Assembly (NCBI RefSeq): GCF_902713615.1
Contig: NC_052150.1
Coordinates: 35,618,297 to 35,682,296, forward strand
DNA from: Scyliorhinus canicula
Lineage: Eukaryota
Reading direction: 5' to 3'
Length of the DNA: 64,000 nt
Shown: in pieces, positions 1 through 12,418 of the stretch
How the letters are laid out: each line of letters opens with the position of its first letter
Position numbering within the stretch: the stretch's first letter is position 1
Position numbers and translations under genes: made by a program
The notes under the pieces: model-generated
The model's input: only the letters and a program-made list of their open reading frames with translations
What the model was told of the DNA's origin: nothing
The model's database searches: none

Positions 1-2345
1 CCTGGAGACGTGCAGATGGCGGTGCAGTGCATGGGCGGGCCCAGAAAGGGGGATGGCTGATCGTTGGGGTGGGGGGGGAGTGGGGGGGGGGGGGGGGGGG
101 GGGGAGGGGGGAGGGGCGGTGCCGCCAACCAGGCTGATCACCTGGAACGTTAGAGGGCTGAATGGGCTGGTCAAAAAGGCCCGTGTGTTCGCGCACCTGA
201 GAGCTCTGAAGGCAGACATGGTGATGTTGCAGGAGACCCACCTGAGAGTGGCGGATCAAGTTAGGCTGAGGAAGGGCTGAGTCAGTCAGGTCTTCCATTC
301 GTGGCTGGATACCAAGACAAGAGGGGTGGCAATTTTAATTAATAAGTGGGTGCAATTCCAGGCGGGCAGTATAGTTTCAGACAGGGGGCGCCATTATGTT
401 ATGATGAGCGGTAAGCTGGAGGGGAAGAAGGTGGTATTGCTTAATGTCCATGCGCCGAACTGGGACGATGTTGAATTCATCAAGAGGGTGCTGGGGAAGA
501 TACCAGATCTGGACTCGCACAAACTGGTGATGGGAGGGGATTTTAATACGGTTATCGACCCCGGCCTGGACTGGTTGTGCTCGAAAGTGAGGAGGGTGCC
601 AGCGATTGGCAAAGGAGCTGATAGGGTTCATGGAGCAGATGGGGGGGATTGGCCCATGGAGGTTTAGGCAGCCGACTGCTTGGGAGTTTTCTTTCCACTC
701 GCATGTACATAAAGTGTATTCCCAGATCGATTTTTTCATTTTGAGTTGGGATCTGCTGGCGGGGGTGGTGGACACGGGGTACTCGGCCATCACTATCTCG
801 GACCATGCCCCACACTGGGTGGAACTGCAGGCCAATGAGGAGAGCTTCCAACGCCCGCAGTGGTGATTGGACGTGGGCTTGTTTGTGGACGAGGCAGTGC
901 GAGAGAGTGGAGAAGTGCATGCAGGACTACCTGCAGGTCAACGGCACAGGGGAAGTCTCAGCAGTGGTGGTCTGGGAGGCGCTGAAGGCAGTGGTGAGAG
1001 AGGAGTGACAGGGCAGAGACGGACCGACTGATCAAGGAGATCCTACGGGTAGACAGGAGGTATGCGGTGACCTCAGGAGCGGAACTGTTAAGGAAGCACC
1101 GGAAGCTGCAGGCTGAATTTGGGGTACTGTGCACGGGCAAGGCAGTGGAGCAGCTTAGAAAAGCGAGGGGGACATTGTATGAATATGGAGAGAAGGCCAA
1201 CAGAAGAGGGAGGTGGCCAGGGGAATTGATAAGGTGGTTTACGGAGATGGGAACCTGGTAGGGGACTTGGCTGGGCTAAACAGGGCATTTAAGGACTTTT
1301 ATAGCGGACTCTATTGCTCGGAACCCCGCACGGTGCCCTAGGAGATGAAACGCTTTCTGGACGGGTTGACCTTTCCAAGGGTGGGTAGGGGGCTGGTGGG
1401 CGAGTTGGGGGCCAAAGAAATATCTGAGGGTTTAAAGGCGATGCAGTCGGGTAAAGTTCCGGGGCCAGACGGGTTCCCGGTTGAATTTTACAATAAATTT
1501 TCGGGGATATTAGGGTCGTTGCAGGTTAAGGTTTTTATCGAGGCGAGGGATAGAGGGGTGCTGCCCGCGACGATGTCACAAGCCACGATCTCATTAATAT
1601 TGAAGCGGGACAAGAACCCGGAGCTATGTGGGTCCTATAGGCCGATCTCGTTGCTAAATGTGGACGCTAAGTTGCTGGCCATGGTGTTGGCCTCCAGGAT
1701 TGAAGATTGTGTGCCAGAGGTGATTATGGAGGACTAAACCGGATTTGTAAAGGGTAGGCAGTTGGTAGCCAATATAAGAAGGCTGCTTAATGTGATTATG
1801 ATGCCCCCGGAGAGAAGGGAAGTTGAGGTAGTTGTGGCCATGGACGCGGAGAAGGCGTTTGACCGAGTAGAGTGGGACTATCTATGGGAGGTGTTGGGGC
1901 AGTTTGGGTTTGGCAGGGGCTTTATCGACTGGGCCAGGCTGTTGTACCAGGTCCCGCAGGCCAGTGTAAGGACGAATAAGACGGCCTCGGACTATTTTAG
2001 GCTGACTGGGGGACAAGACAGGAATGTCCTTTCTCCCCACTGCTGTTTGCGTTTGCCATAGAGCTGCTGACAATTGCTCTGAGAGCTTCTAGGGGCTGGG
2101 AAGAGCTGGTTGGGGGGAGGGGGGGAGCATAGGCTATCGCTGTATGCGGATGACTTACTCCTATATGTAGCAAATACAGGGGCAGGGATGAGGGAGATTA
2201 TGGCGATTCTGGGGGAATTCAGGCGGTTTTCAGGATACAAATTGAATATGACGAAGAGTGAGATGTTTGTAGTCCAGGCAAGAGGTCAGGAGGGCCAGTT
2301 GGGGGAGTTACCGTTCAGGTTAGTAGGAGACAATTTTAGATGTCT
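1..2345 (+). mobile_element. Fish-type L1 LINE ORF2 (APE endonuclease + RT), degenerate, 3' truncated
   Basis: LITWNVRGLNG, MLQETH, GGDFN, ISDHAP, KVPGPDGFPVEFY, YRPISLLNVDAKLL, DAEKAFDRVEW, LYADD; frameshifts and stops. Confidence 0.95.
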
Positions 2346-2428
2346 GAACTTGGATTGGAAAATTCAAATGTTGGGTAACTGCTGCTTGCGCTCCATTGAA
2401 ATTTGCAACATCAGTCAAGAGACATTAT

Positions 2429-2611
2429 GGGCAGGATTTTCTGGCCATTCCTGCCTGCGGGATCGTCCAGTCCCACCAACGGCGAGCCCCCGCCGCAAGT
2501 GCCCTGGAAACCCCATAAACAACGGTGGACAAGAAGGTCCCTTCCACATCCAATAACGGAATGCCTCTGCTGCCGCAAAATAAGCCATTGGTGGTTCAGA
2601 AAGCCCCACCC
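2429..2611. mobile_element. Short Harbinger-like MITE
   Basis: Imperfect TIRs GGGCAGGATTTT / AAAGCCCCACCC; flanks tat/ttt. Confidence 0.55.
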
Positions 2612-2649
2612 TTTGGAGGGCCTAGTGGCATATTCCTGCGCTGTACATA

Positions 2650-2687
2650 GAATGGGCTTCTGCCGATCGGCGGAGGCGTGCGATCTG

Positions 2688-2718
<31 letters not shown>

Positions 2719-3076
2719 GACCTACTTACGCGCGGACCTGCTGTGTCGCTACATCATGTTGCGCTGCGCCGGCGTGGAAACCGACACCACGTGCATGCGG
2801 CGGCGCAGAAACGGCCATCACATGCATGCGCGGTGCAGAAACAGGCATCACGCATATACGCTAGCACAAAAACGGCCGCCGCGCGCATGTGCGGACCCGC
2901 GCCGGCAGTGCTAGCCGCATACAGGCACCGGAGCTGCGTGAAGCACTTTGGCGACGTGCTGGCCCCCTGTGGGCCACTGAATCGCTGGGCCAAGAGGCAC
3001 ATTGACGCCGGCGTGAAACACTCCAGTGTTTACGCTGGCGTCAACACTTAGCCAGGATTTTGGAGAATCCCAGCCC
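2650..3076. mobile_element. Harbinger-like non-autonomous element fragment with internal ~30-bp tandem units
   Basis: End GGAGAATCCCAGCCC and subterminal GCGTCAACACTTAG are shared with the element ending at 11003. Confidence 0.6.
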
Positions 3077-3410
3077 TCACCTTTCCAAGCTATCAACATC
3101 AGGGATCCACGAGACAACAAGAACACAGAGCCTCAATTTTTGGCTATTGAATAGACCTGGTAGCTCTGACCAATCATCCACATGTGGATGAGAGTTGGGA
3201 AGGGGCCAGGAATGGATACTTGACACATAATATATCAGGACTAAAATATCTGAAAACCTCTGATACAGGATACCAATTCAGAAAATAGAAAAGCAGTTCA
3301 GTCATAAAGAAATTTCTTGTTGAAATTAGATGTTTCAACCATCAGACACTTTAGATCATTTTAGAATTATCACCAATTCCAGCACATTCATAGCAGTGAA
3401 GAGGTACTCT

Positions 3411-4093
3411 GGGCTCGATTTAACCGGTTTTGGGCATGTTTAGCAGTGTCAAGAAACAGCCCGCTATTTAACGACACTTTGCTGTTTCTTTTGGCCTCGG
3501 GGAATTTCTCTCCGCAAAGGCCGCACTTAGTAATTTCCTGCAGGCGAGTCAAGCAAGAAAGGCTCCTCGTAGATTGGGGCGGCATTTTGTCTGGCTGCCC
3601 CAATCTCCTCCCTGTTTCGATACCTCTCTCCTACAACCTGAGGAAGGCCCCCAGAAACACACCCTCACCTCCCCTCCACCTGATAATGCCCCAACCCCAG
3701 GCACTGCCAACCTGGCACCTGAGAACCCTGGCAGTGCCCCTGCCAGCCTGGCAGCGTCAAGGTTCCCAAGTGTCAGAGGGAGTCCCAGGGTTCCCTGACC
3801 TGTCCCTAACCACCCAAGGGTCTCTAATGGCCTGGCAGACCCCCTAGAAGAGACATCACCACTGGTCCATGTTTGTTGAAACCAGTACTAAATGGTGCAC
3901 TGGCAAGATTCATAGGCATGGCTCATTTACATATGCTGATCTGGATCATGCCCAATGATTCCAATGTCTCGTGAGACCCTGTTAAATCTCGCGAGGCATT
4001 GAGTGTCTCAAATCTCACGAGTGTCCTCTCACGAGATTCAACGGCCTCGTCCCGACACCAAGTCGGACACAACAAGGCAGTTAAATCGTGTCC
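3411..4093. mobile_element. PIF/Harbinger non-autonomous DNA transposon
   Basis: TIRs GGGCTCGATTTAAC / GTTAAATCGTGTCC; 3-bp TSD TCT; related partial copy at ~8625-9150. Confidence 0.8.
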
Positions 4094-4241
4094 TCTGAAC
4101 TGGCATAAAACTTTGGGTCATTCTATCTTACCGACATCACTATGTGACAGTTTTAAAACAGGCATTTTTTTTTTAAAAAGCAGGTGTTTCAAGAAATCAA
4201 GTCTGTAATAAACATATTTGGAACATCAGAAAATGACTTAC

Positions 4242-4291
4242 CACAGTCACTGTATTGGCTAGAGGCAGACATCTGTCCCTTGCAAGTAGCT
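4242..4291 (-). CDS. Candidate 50-nt exon C of an unidentified gene
   Basis: Strong sites ctctgttttgttctccag| and GTG|GTAAGT in unique sequence; open frame ATCKGQMSASSQYSDC in phase with exon B. Confidence 0.5.
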
Positions 4292-4532
4292 CTGGAGAAC
4301 AAAACAGAGTTTTTTTTGGGAGGGCTTGCTTTCTGAATTTAGCCACGTTTATTTTGAAAGTTAGCTCAGCTTTTTGCAGTAGTCTGTGTTTCCCCTTGTA
4401 AGGAGATACGCTCTATTTCCCAGTTTGATTCAACCAAAGTATACATATTGGAGCAGCAATACAAACCAACCCAAAGTTTTCAACACTTCAGTGAAACCTC
4501 CATATTTGTGTAAAATTGTAAATATATGACAC

Positions 4533-5148
4533 TGTCATGTGAGAGTACCTTTAAGAAATGCATGTTTAAGCAATGTACCTTTAAGAAATAGAGCCACTCA
4601 TATTACTGAAGTGATGTCAGAGGGTGGGGGGAGCTGAGCTCACTTCTGCTTTTAGTATCAGTTTGAGAGAGAGCCGCTGAAAAGTGCCTGGCTGGTTTGC
4701 TGAGAGCTGCATGGAGGAAAAGAGCTTGGGTGTGTCTGTGTTTTTGCAGTGAGCTGGATTCTGCTGTGATCTCTGCCATGAAAGACTATCTCTGAATAAT
4801 TTGGGTGATTTAAACTCATAATAGTAATGTCTTTAACCTGATGTATTTCTGTTTAAAGGTGTTAAGTCTTTTGAAGGTTTGAAGGAACATTTTGAGGGAT
4901 TATTTAGTGTTGTATTATTTTCGGGGTTATCTTTGAAGGGGTGTTAAGTGATCCAATGTTTATTTAAAAGGTTAAGTGGAATTCATGGAATAAACATTGT
5001 TTTGTGTTTAAAAACCCACGTGTCCATAATTGTAATACCACACCTGGAGAACAAGCCGTGTGCTGGAAAAGCAATAATCCATTAAAGGGAGAAGTTGGTT
5101 GAACTCCATGATACATTTTGAGGTTCTGAAAACACCGCTCCCAGGACA
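4533..5148 (+). mobile_element. Solo LTR (Gypsy-like)
   Basis: TGTCATG...CAGGACA termini; 4-bp TSD ACAC; internal AATAAA ~4989. Confidence 0.8.
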
Positions 5149-6789
5149 ACACAATTTGTCATATACTGTCACAAATTCAAGTATGTTTTAGGTATCTGGT
5201 TTATAGCCTCCCAGGGAAGAAATTTCACCAAGATCGGGAATGGAGGCAGACGGGGCCCCAAACTATTGCCGCCAGTTGGCTTGCAGGGTTCCTGACCGTG
5301 CTTTTGATGCTGGCCATTTTAAGGGAGGTGAATTTGGGGTCCAGCAGGGTTTTGCACCTTGATGAGGTGGCAGACGATTAGGTCAATTAAGAATCTTGTT
5401 CACAATATACAAAGGAGGCCGACTTGTACGTTTCAGTTAACCTCCAGTTCCCAACCTAAAGCTGGGTGAGTGTATATGCAGTTGAACTCTCTGGAGGCAT
5501 GCACCCAGGGAAAGGCCAGTATACTAGCACTCCAAGCAGGCCTGCAGAACTTCCCTGCCTGTCTGGAGCAGGGGCATCCAAAGGCTGCCCTGTAGAGAAC
5601 TCCCTTCAACCATCACGCCTCCCTCCCAACAATCTTTTGCCACAGTGGTCGCCTGGCTGTTTTTAAATTTTTTTAATTGATTTTTTAAAAATATTGCCAC
5701 CTTCATATTGAAGTGTCTGCTCAGTTACCCTTTTACGCAGTCTACTGCTCTTCTCAATCTGGAAGGCCTGGAACATTTGAAAAGTATTTTACACCAGTGG
5801 TCAAAATATATATATTATACTAATACGTTCAGTATAATAATATTTATTAGTGTCACAAGTCGGCTTACATTAACACTGCAATGAAGTTATTGTGAAAATC
5901 TCTGTTCACATGCTGTTGCAATAAATTAAACACACATTCCACAAGACAAATTCCAGAAATCTTATTCCAATGTAAAAATGATACTTTTTCTATCTGTTGC
6001 CAGTCCTAGCAATCAGTACAGAGGTTGTTTCTTCACAAATCTTTTTGTTGTCTTCACCAACCTCCTGGTGTCTCTTGATTTTTAGCAATCAGAGAATTAA
6101 GAAATTTGTCAACACCAAGGTGCAAGATATCTCCCGAGTTATTAGATATTGTTAACAAAATGGGCTAATCATAATTGGGAATTTTTCAAATCAACACTTA
6201 AAATATCTCATGACTGCTTCTGGTTTGTCATTTCTGCATTGGACCATACTGAACCATAAACCACTTTGAGGCAATCTGCTGAAAATGCATCTACATGAGA
6301 GTCTGGCACCTATAAACGAGCAAATGGCCACAGAATCTGGACCGTGGTAGAGACCATTAGTTGTAAGACATGAAATGTAACCAAAAATTATATTTCGGCT
6401 CATCTGGCCACGGAACCGTGTTCTATTCACAGTAAGAGCACTGTGCAGACAGGTTTGCTCACATAGAGCACCAACATCCTGGGAATAAATGCTTAATGTC
6501 AGGGGAAAGTGACTGTAAAGTGCTCATTTTCTCATAGCAATACAAAGTTCAAGATTTTACAATGTAACAATAGCAAAACTATTAGCATTCATTGTCATAA
6601 CTCCACTGAAACTGACAACAACTTCTGGAGTTCGCACATTTGCAGGATATTGAGAAAATCCAGAATTTGCTGTCAGTGATTCTATGCTTTTCCAGAGGGT
6701 GTGCTGTTGAGGGACTTCTAAATTGTAATCAATTGATTTAACAAGAACTTTCACTGTTACATTGTTAGCCTCACTGTAAAATGCCTTTC

Positions 6790-7478
6790 ATTGTATGAGA
6801 GTAACTGCGGACTACCTCGGAGGAGAGCTCCGAGGAAAGCAGAATCGATGCATCACGGCTGTCATCCCCACCCTTCACAAGTGCAGATACATGCATCTCT
6901 GTAGAAAACGTTAGTGGACAGGCTTCTGGGGCACCACACAGTCGCTGAAGTACATCAGGTGGAGGCAGGAACGCCCAGATGAGACAGCAGTCGGACGTCT
7001 GCTGGACTCCAGGACCCAGCTGAATCCCAGCTAGATGCTGGGCCCCAGCTCCGTCTCCTCCCGCTCAGAGCCAGAAGACAAAAGGGCAACCGGGGCTCAA
7101 ACCAGCTGCCCCTCCATCCTAAAGTGAACCCTGGGGCCCTATGGGCACCGAGAGGGAGGAAACGGAGCTGGATGCCAACACGGACCCTTCCCCTGGAGTG
7201 GAGATGTTGGCCACCAGCTCCCGCGACTTCCACTCCTCTGATGAGGCCGCATCTCAATGTCAGCACATGGGACAGGGCAGCACGGCTGTGCATGTACCAT
7301 CGACAAGAGCCCCCAGAGGGCGCCCGCCAGAGGTATCAAGGCCACGGGACATGGTACACAGCTGGCTGCCTCCTCCTCAGATGTGCATCCCGGGGACACA
7401 CCTAGACATGGCGGTAAAGCAAGGAAGGTTAAGCACATTGAGGATCACTGAGGGTACCGGGGAAACGGGAGGAGAGGG

Positions 7479-7511
<33 letters not shown>

Positions 7512-8490
7512 GAGTGGGGCAACATTATCCGTAGAGTGGAGAATTATTGGGCTTGGTCCATGTCAAAGTTGATATAGTCTTTCTGCTCGGGCAAACAGGG
7601 CATCTGTGACCTGGTGGATGCACCTGTGGGCTGTAGCCTGCGAGATGCCACCCAGGTCCCTGCTCGAGCCCCGGAATTATCCCAAGGGATAACGGTTCAG
7701 AGCTGCGGTGACCTTGATGGCCACTGGGAATGGGTGTCCTCCTCCTCTACGTGGTGCCAAGTCTGTACAGGACATGGCACAGGTGCCGCACCGTCTCCTT
7801 GTTGAGCGGCACGGGCTGTCCATTATCTGCTCGAACGACCAGCGATGTGTGTACACCCTAGACCGTTGCAGGCCTCGCCCTCTGGGTGTGGGGCGGGGTC
7901 CGACACGTGGGCCTCGATCATCTGCAGACACTGGCGCCGTCTCCAGTGCCTGGCCTACCAAAAACACCATTAGGGCCTGTTCTGCGGGGTCCAAAATACC
8001 ATCCATACCGTTCAATATCTGTGAGGAATTGGGAGAGGGTGTTGGAATGATAAACAGCAGTGGCTGCCACCTCAGGACCCTCCATTCCCCCATTGATCCC
8101 CCCTCCCAGATGTTGGCTGCTGCGTGTGTGGTGTTGCCTCCCGCAGAGTTCAGGCACAGTGTCCAGGCATCATGATCTGATTGGGATGCTAAGCAATGAT
8201 TCCCACATGCTACATGGCCCGCTCACCCATGGGAATCAACTTGGGTTGTGTGAAGTGCTTACTTAACCACGATTACCAAATCCCTATTATCACTCGCCTT
8301 CAGCTGCACCGCTAGAGGCCTTGGCAGTCAGTGGAGGTTATGGGTGGTCAGTGGGGCAGACAGGTATGGACAAGGGTTGCCCTCGGAATGGGTACACAGA
8401 TCCAGGGGTTGGCATGGTGGTGCCACGTGCGGTTGCAACCCCCCCCCCCCGCCACACCCAGTGCCTCTCCCCCCACCTTCCCATGGCAGT
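6790..8490 (-). mobile_element. Deleted Harbinger transposon: transposase N-terminus on minus (~7550-8010), facing a probable remnant of the second (Myb-like) gene on plus
   Basis: RVYTHRWSFEQ..KETVRHLCHVL..DLAPR.GGGHPFPVAIKVTAALN..GISQATAHRCIHQVTDALFARA is the HARBI1-like HTH region, here frameshifted. Confidence 0.8.
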
Positions 8491-8624
8491 CCACCCCTGC
8501 ATAGACTTGAAATTAAAAGTGAAGGATATATATTCTTTGAACTTCCTGGTTTGATATACGTGAATCCTTCTCTACGATAGACTGCTTAACAACATGAAAA
8601 AGATTTAATGGGACTGAAACAGAG

Positions 8625-9150
8625 TCTTTAACAGCACTTCGCCATTTCTTTTGTCCTCCGTGAGGAACGCACTGCCGAGGCCGCACTTACGTCAACTCAC
8701 AGTGCAGGAAGAGGATTTGGAGATCGGGGCGCCATTTTTAAATGCCGCCCTATCTTTCGACACCTTCACCCATCCCACCGCAACCTCCACTCCACCCCGC
8801 CCGCACCAGCTTACCTCTTAGGGGTCCTCAAACCCCCCCTCAACCCACCACTTAAGGGCAAGGCACCCCGGGCCCAATCCCTGACATGGGCAACCTGGCA
8901 CCTTGGCACTGCTAGCCTGGCACCCTGGCAGTGCCCCTGCCAGCCTGACAGTGCCACCTGGGCACCCTGGCAGTGTCAGGGTGGCATTGGCAGGATGCCT
9001 GGGTGGCACTGCCAAAGTGCCAGGTTGGCAGCGCCAATGTGCACAGCTGTCAGAAGGAGTGCGAGGGTACCACACTGCCCTGAGCCTGACTGCTCAGAGT
9101 CTCTAATGGCCTGGGATACTCTTTGAGGTGTAGGGACACCCACCGTGCTT
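8625..9150. mobile_element. Partial Harbinger-type MITE related to 3411-4093
   Basis: Shared GGCCGCACTTA, GCCATTTT and CCTGGCAGTGCCC motifs. Confidence 0.65.
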
Positions 9151-9410
9151 TTAGGGAGGGAGTTCCAGGATGGTTGCCCCAGCAAACAGTGAAGGAACGG
9201 AGCTATATATCAAAGTCAGGGTGGTGAGTGACTTGGAGGGGAACGTCCAGGTGGTGAGGTTCCCAGGGATCTGCTGCTCTTGTCCTTCTAGATGATAGTG
9301 GTCTTGTTTTTGGAAGGTGCTGTTCAGGGACCTTGGTGAGTTACTGCAGTGCATTTTATAGATGGTACACACGACTGCCACTATTCATCGGTGACGTAGG
9401 GTTTGAATAC
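9150..9410 (-). mobile_element. 3' fragment of the tRNA-headed CR1-group LINE
   Basis: Reverse complement of the 15000-15580 region. Confidence 0.75.
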
Positions 9411-10178
9411 CCCACACTTCATCAATCAGAGTGTTGCCTCTGGTGTTGGTCAGTGGCGTAAGCACCAGAGTCAAGAGCGAGTGTTTACTACATGTTTCTA
9501 GGCAGGTGCAACATGAGGGCTTCAGAAATAGGTGCCAAACTCACATCAGCCATTCATAGGTGGGGCGAGAGGAATGAGGCTCAAGTCATCCTTCTGGGAG
9601 GGGGTGCATAAATAAAGGCGACGTAGTCAGATAATTGGTAGAAAGCGGAAGGACAGGAAGGAGTGAGGTGGGGTGGAGAAATTTAACAGAGTGTGTGAGC
9701 AGGAGAAGATAATTCTAAATTAATTTAAACATTTTGAGGTCAATTACTGCTAGTAATTCGGACTAGTCATCCCAGAAACCCAAGATAATGATCTGGGGGG
9801 CCCGGCTGGTGGAATTTAAACTCAACAAAATATCTGGAACTAAAAATCTAATGATGTCCGTGAAACCATTATCAATTGTCATAAAAACCCATCTGGTCTA
9901 GCCTACATATGTCTCCAGACCCACAGCAATCTGGTTGACTCTTAAATGCCCTCTGAAAGGGCATAGCAAGCCACTCAGTTGTATTCAACTGCTACAAAAA
10001 CATAAAAAAGAAATGAAACCGGCCAGACCACCCGGCATCAAACCAGGCACCGGAAACGACAATCGCAGACCCAGCCCGGTCGACCCTGCAAAGTCCTCCT
10101 TACTAACATCTGGAGGCTTATGCCAAAGTTGGGAGACTGGTTAAACAACAGCCTGACATAGTCATACTCACAGAATCT

Positions 10179-11003
10179 TGGCCGTAAATCAGGGCATGCG
10201 ATCGGGCAGAGAATAACACCCGACGCCGAAATCGCGGCTGACACTGAATCGCGATGCTCCGTCTCCTAAAAAATGGCATAATTGTGACGTAGTTGCAACC
10301 CCGTTTGCATCTCATTAGTAACCCACCCGCGATGCTCCACCTCCGATGGGCCGAGTTCCTGACTGCGTAGTCCTCCTGTGCTCTCAAAGGTCGTGAACCT
10401 GGCGTGGAACCTGAGAGAGGGCGTGCAGACAGTGTCCAGCACCACTATACTTCACCGACAGTCATGCCGCTGGACAGAGGGGCTTCTGCCAGGACTGGGA
10501 GGAGTAGTGGGGGGCCAGGAGGTGGGCTGTGGGGTCGGGGTGTGTGGGTTCGCAACAACATTACCGCAGCCGGCAAGGGCAGCCATGCGGCTGTGCATGC
10601 CATGACAGCCCTCTATAAACCTGGTGCCCTGGGTCGTATTGGTGACCCCCCACCCCCCCATGGCACACCCTTGGGTGCCCTCTGGCCGCAGCGACCCATC
10701 AGCCATGTGGGCGGTCCAGCAGAACCAGTGCCATCTTTCCGGCCGCGATCAGTGTGTGTGTGTGGGGGGGAGGGGTGTATGGTCTGAGCACAGTTGCAGT
10801 TTGTCAGCCCTGCGAGTGCACCATGGACCTGGCGATTCCCACACCATTTTTCATGTATTCTGCTGATGTTCCACAAGGCGCCGGTGCTAGCTGCTCACCG
10901 GTAGCAGAATTGGTGGGGGTGTGGCACTGATCTTTCTAATGTGGAACTCCACGGATCCTCCGTAGGCGTCAGCACTTAGACTCAGGAATGGAGAATCCAG
11001 CCC
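10179..11003. mobile_element. Harbinger-like non-autonomous element inserted in the LINE endonuclease
   Basis: Interrupts ...ILTES | ..TDNIPD; right TIR GGAGAATCCAGCCC. Confidence 0.7.
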
Positions 11004-11532
11004 TTAATCTTTCAGACAATATCCCAGATGGCACAATTACCATTTCTGGGTATGTCCTGTCTCACCGGCTGGACAGACCAAACAGAGGTGGCGGCACAGT
11101 GGTATACAGTCGGGAGGGACTGCTGGGCTCACTTCTTGCTGATTAAAGCCTTAGATTCGGACTACTCCTACGTTTCGTGTCCATTGATTGTGCATCAGTC
11201 CTCAGCATCAACTCTGGACCCCAGGAAGTCTCATGGCTTCAGGTTAAACATGGGAAAGGAAAGCTCCTGCTGATTACCACGTACCGGCCACCATCAGCTA
11301 AAGAATCGGTACTCCTCCATGTTGAACACCACTTGAAGGAAGTACTGAGGATGGCAAGAGCGCAGAATATGCTCTGGGTGAGAGACTTCAATGTCCATCA
11401 CCAAGAGTAGCTCGGTAGTACCACCACAGACCGAACTGGCCAGTTCCTAAAGGACATAGCTGCTAGACTGGGGCTGCAGCAGGTAGTAAGGGGACCAACA
11501 AGAGGAAAACACATACTGGACCTCATCCTCAC

Positions 11533-12418
11533 TCATGAGACCATCAATTCACTCAGAACACGATTGGAAGTAAACTGTGGTTTTAATACTCTTACAACTG
11601 AGCCTGCCTGCGACCAGAAGAACTGAGAGCAGGCTCTCGGCTGCAGCACTTTATACTTCAGGTAGTGGGAGGGGCCATGGGCGGAGCCATGGGTGGAGCC
11701 CTGTACAAGCTCCTCATTTCCCCCTATGGGCAGAGCCGTGCAACGGGTTACAGACAGAGCCCACAAGGACATAATACTATGCAATACAAAACAGTGTTAA
11801 TTACAATACAGTATGAATTCACCACATTCACCCCCTGTAAATAAATCAAGTCCGGCGGGGGTGATGGGCCTACAAGTTGCGCCGGTCCGGTGGCATGGGT
11901 GATGCCCATGGCTCCGCCCTTGCGTGCAGTAGCCTGAGTTCCTGCTCCTCTGTAGTCTCGGATGTGCTTGATTCAGCCAGGTAGGCCATGAAACACCGAA
12001 GCCAGTGTAGGAAGATTTCCTTCGCCTCTGAGCCTGCGGGTCGAGTTCTAGTCGATCAGATTTGAGGACTGATTCCATAGTAGTTGTCTTCAAGTTTTCT
12101 AAGAGTATTAAATTGATGAGACCATCAATTCACTCAGAACACGATGGGAAGTAAACTGTGGTTTTAATACTCTTACAACTGAGCCTGCCTGCGACCAGAA
12201 AAACTGAGAGCAGGCTCACGGCTGCAGCACTTTATACTTCCAGTAGTGGGAGGGGCCATGGGCGGAGCCATGGGCGGAGCAGAAGGTGGAGCCCTGTACA
12301 AGCTCCTCATTTCCCCCTATGGCAGAGCCGCGCAACGGCTCACAGACAGAGCCCACAAGGACATAATACTATGCAATACAAAACAGTGTGAATTACAATA
12401 CAGTATGAATTCACCACA
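11533..12418 (-). mobile_element. Internally deleted Gypsy LTR retrotransposon (two ~300-bp LTRs: 11533-11825 and 12114-12418)
   Basis: Near-identical direct repeats TGTGGTGAAT...CTCATCA on minus; 5-bp TSD CTCAC; gag start MESVLKSDRLELDPQA; purine-rich AGGGGGTGAA before the 3' LTR. Confidence 0.93.

Noticed and set aside
2686-2716. Long G homopolymers (also ~70-105, 7481-7510, 51883-51912)
   Set aside because: They lie inside repeats and their lengths are unreliable in assemblies; no function can be inferred.
6557-6754. ORF containing TANSGF, a motif also present in C7orf25
   Set aside because: No further similarity around the hexapeptide; chance match.
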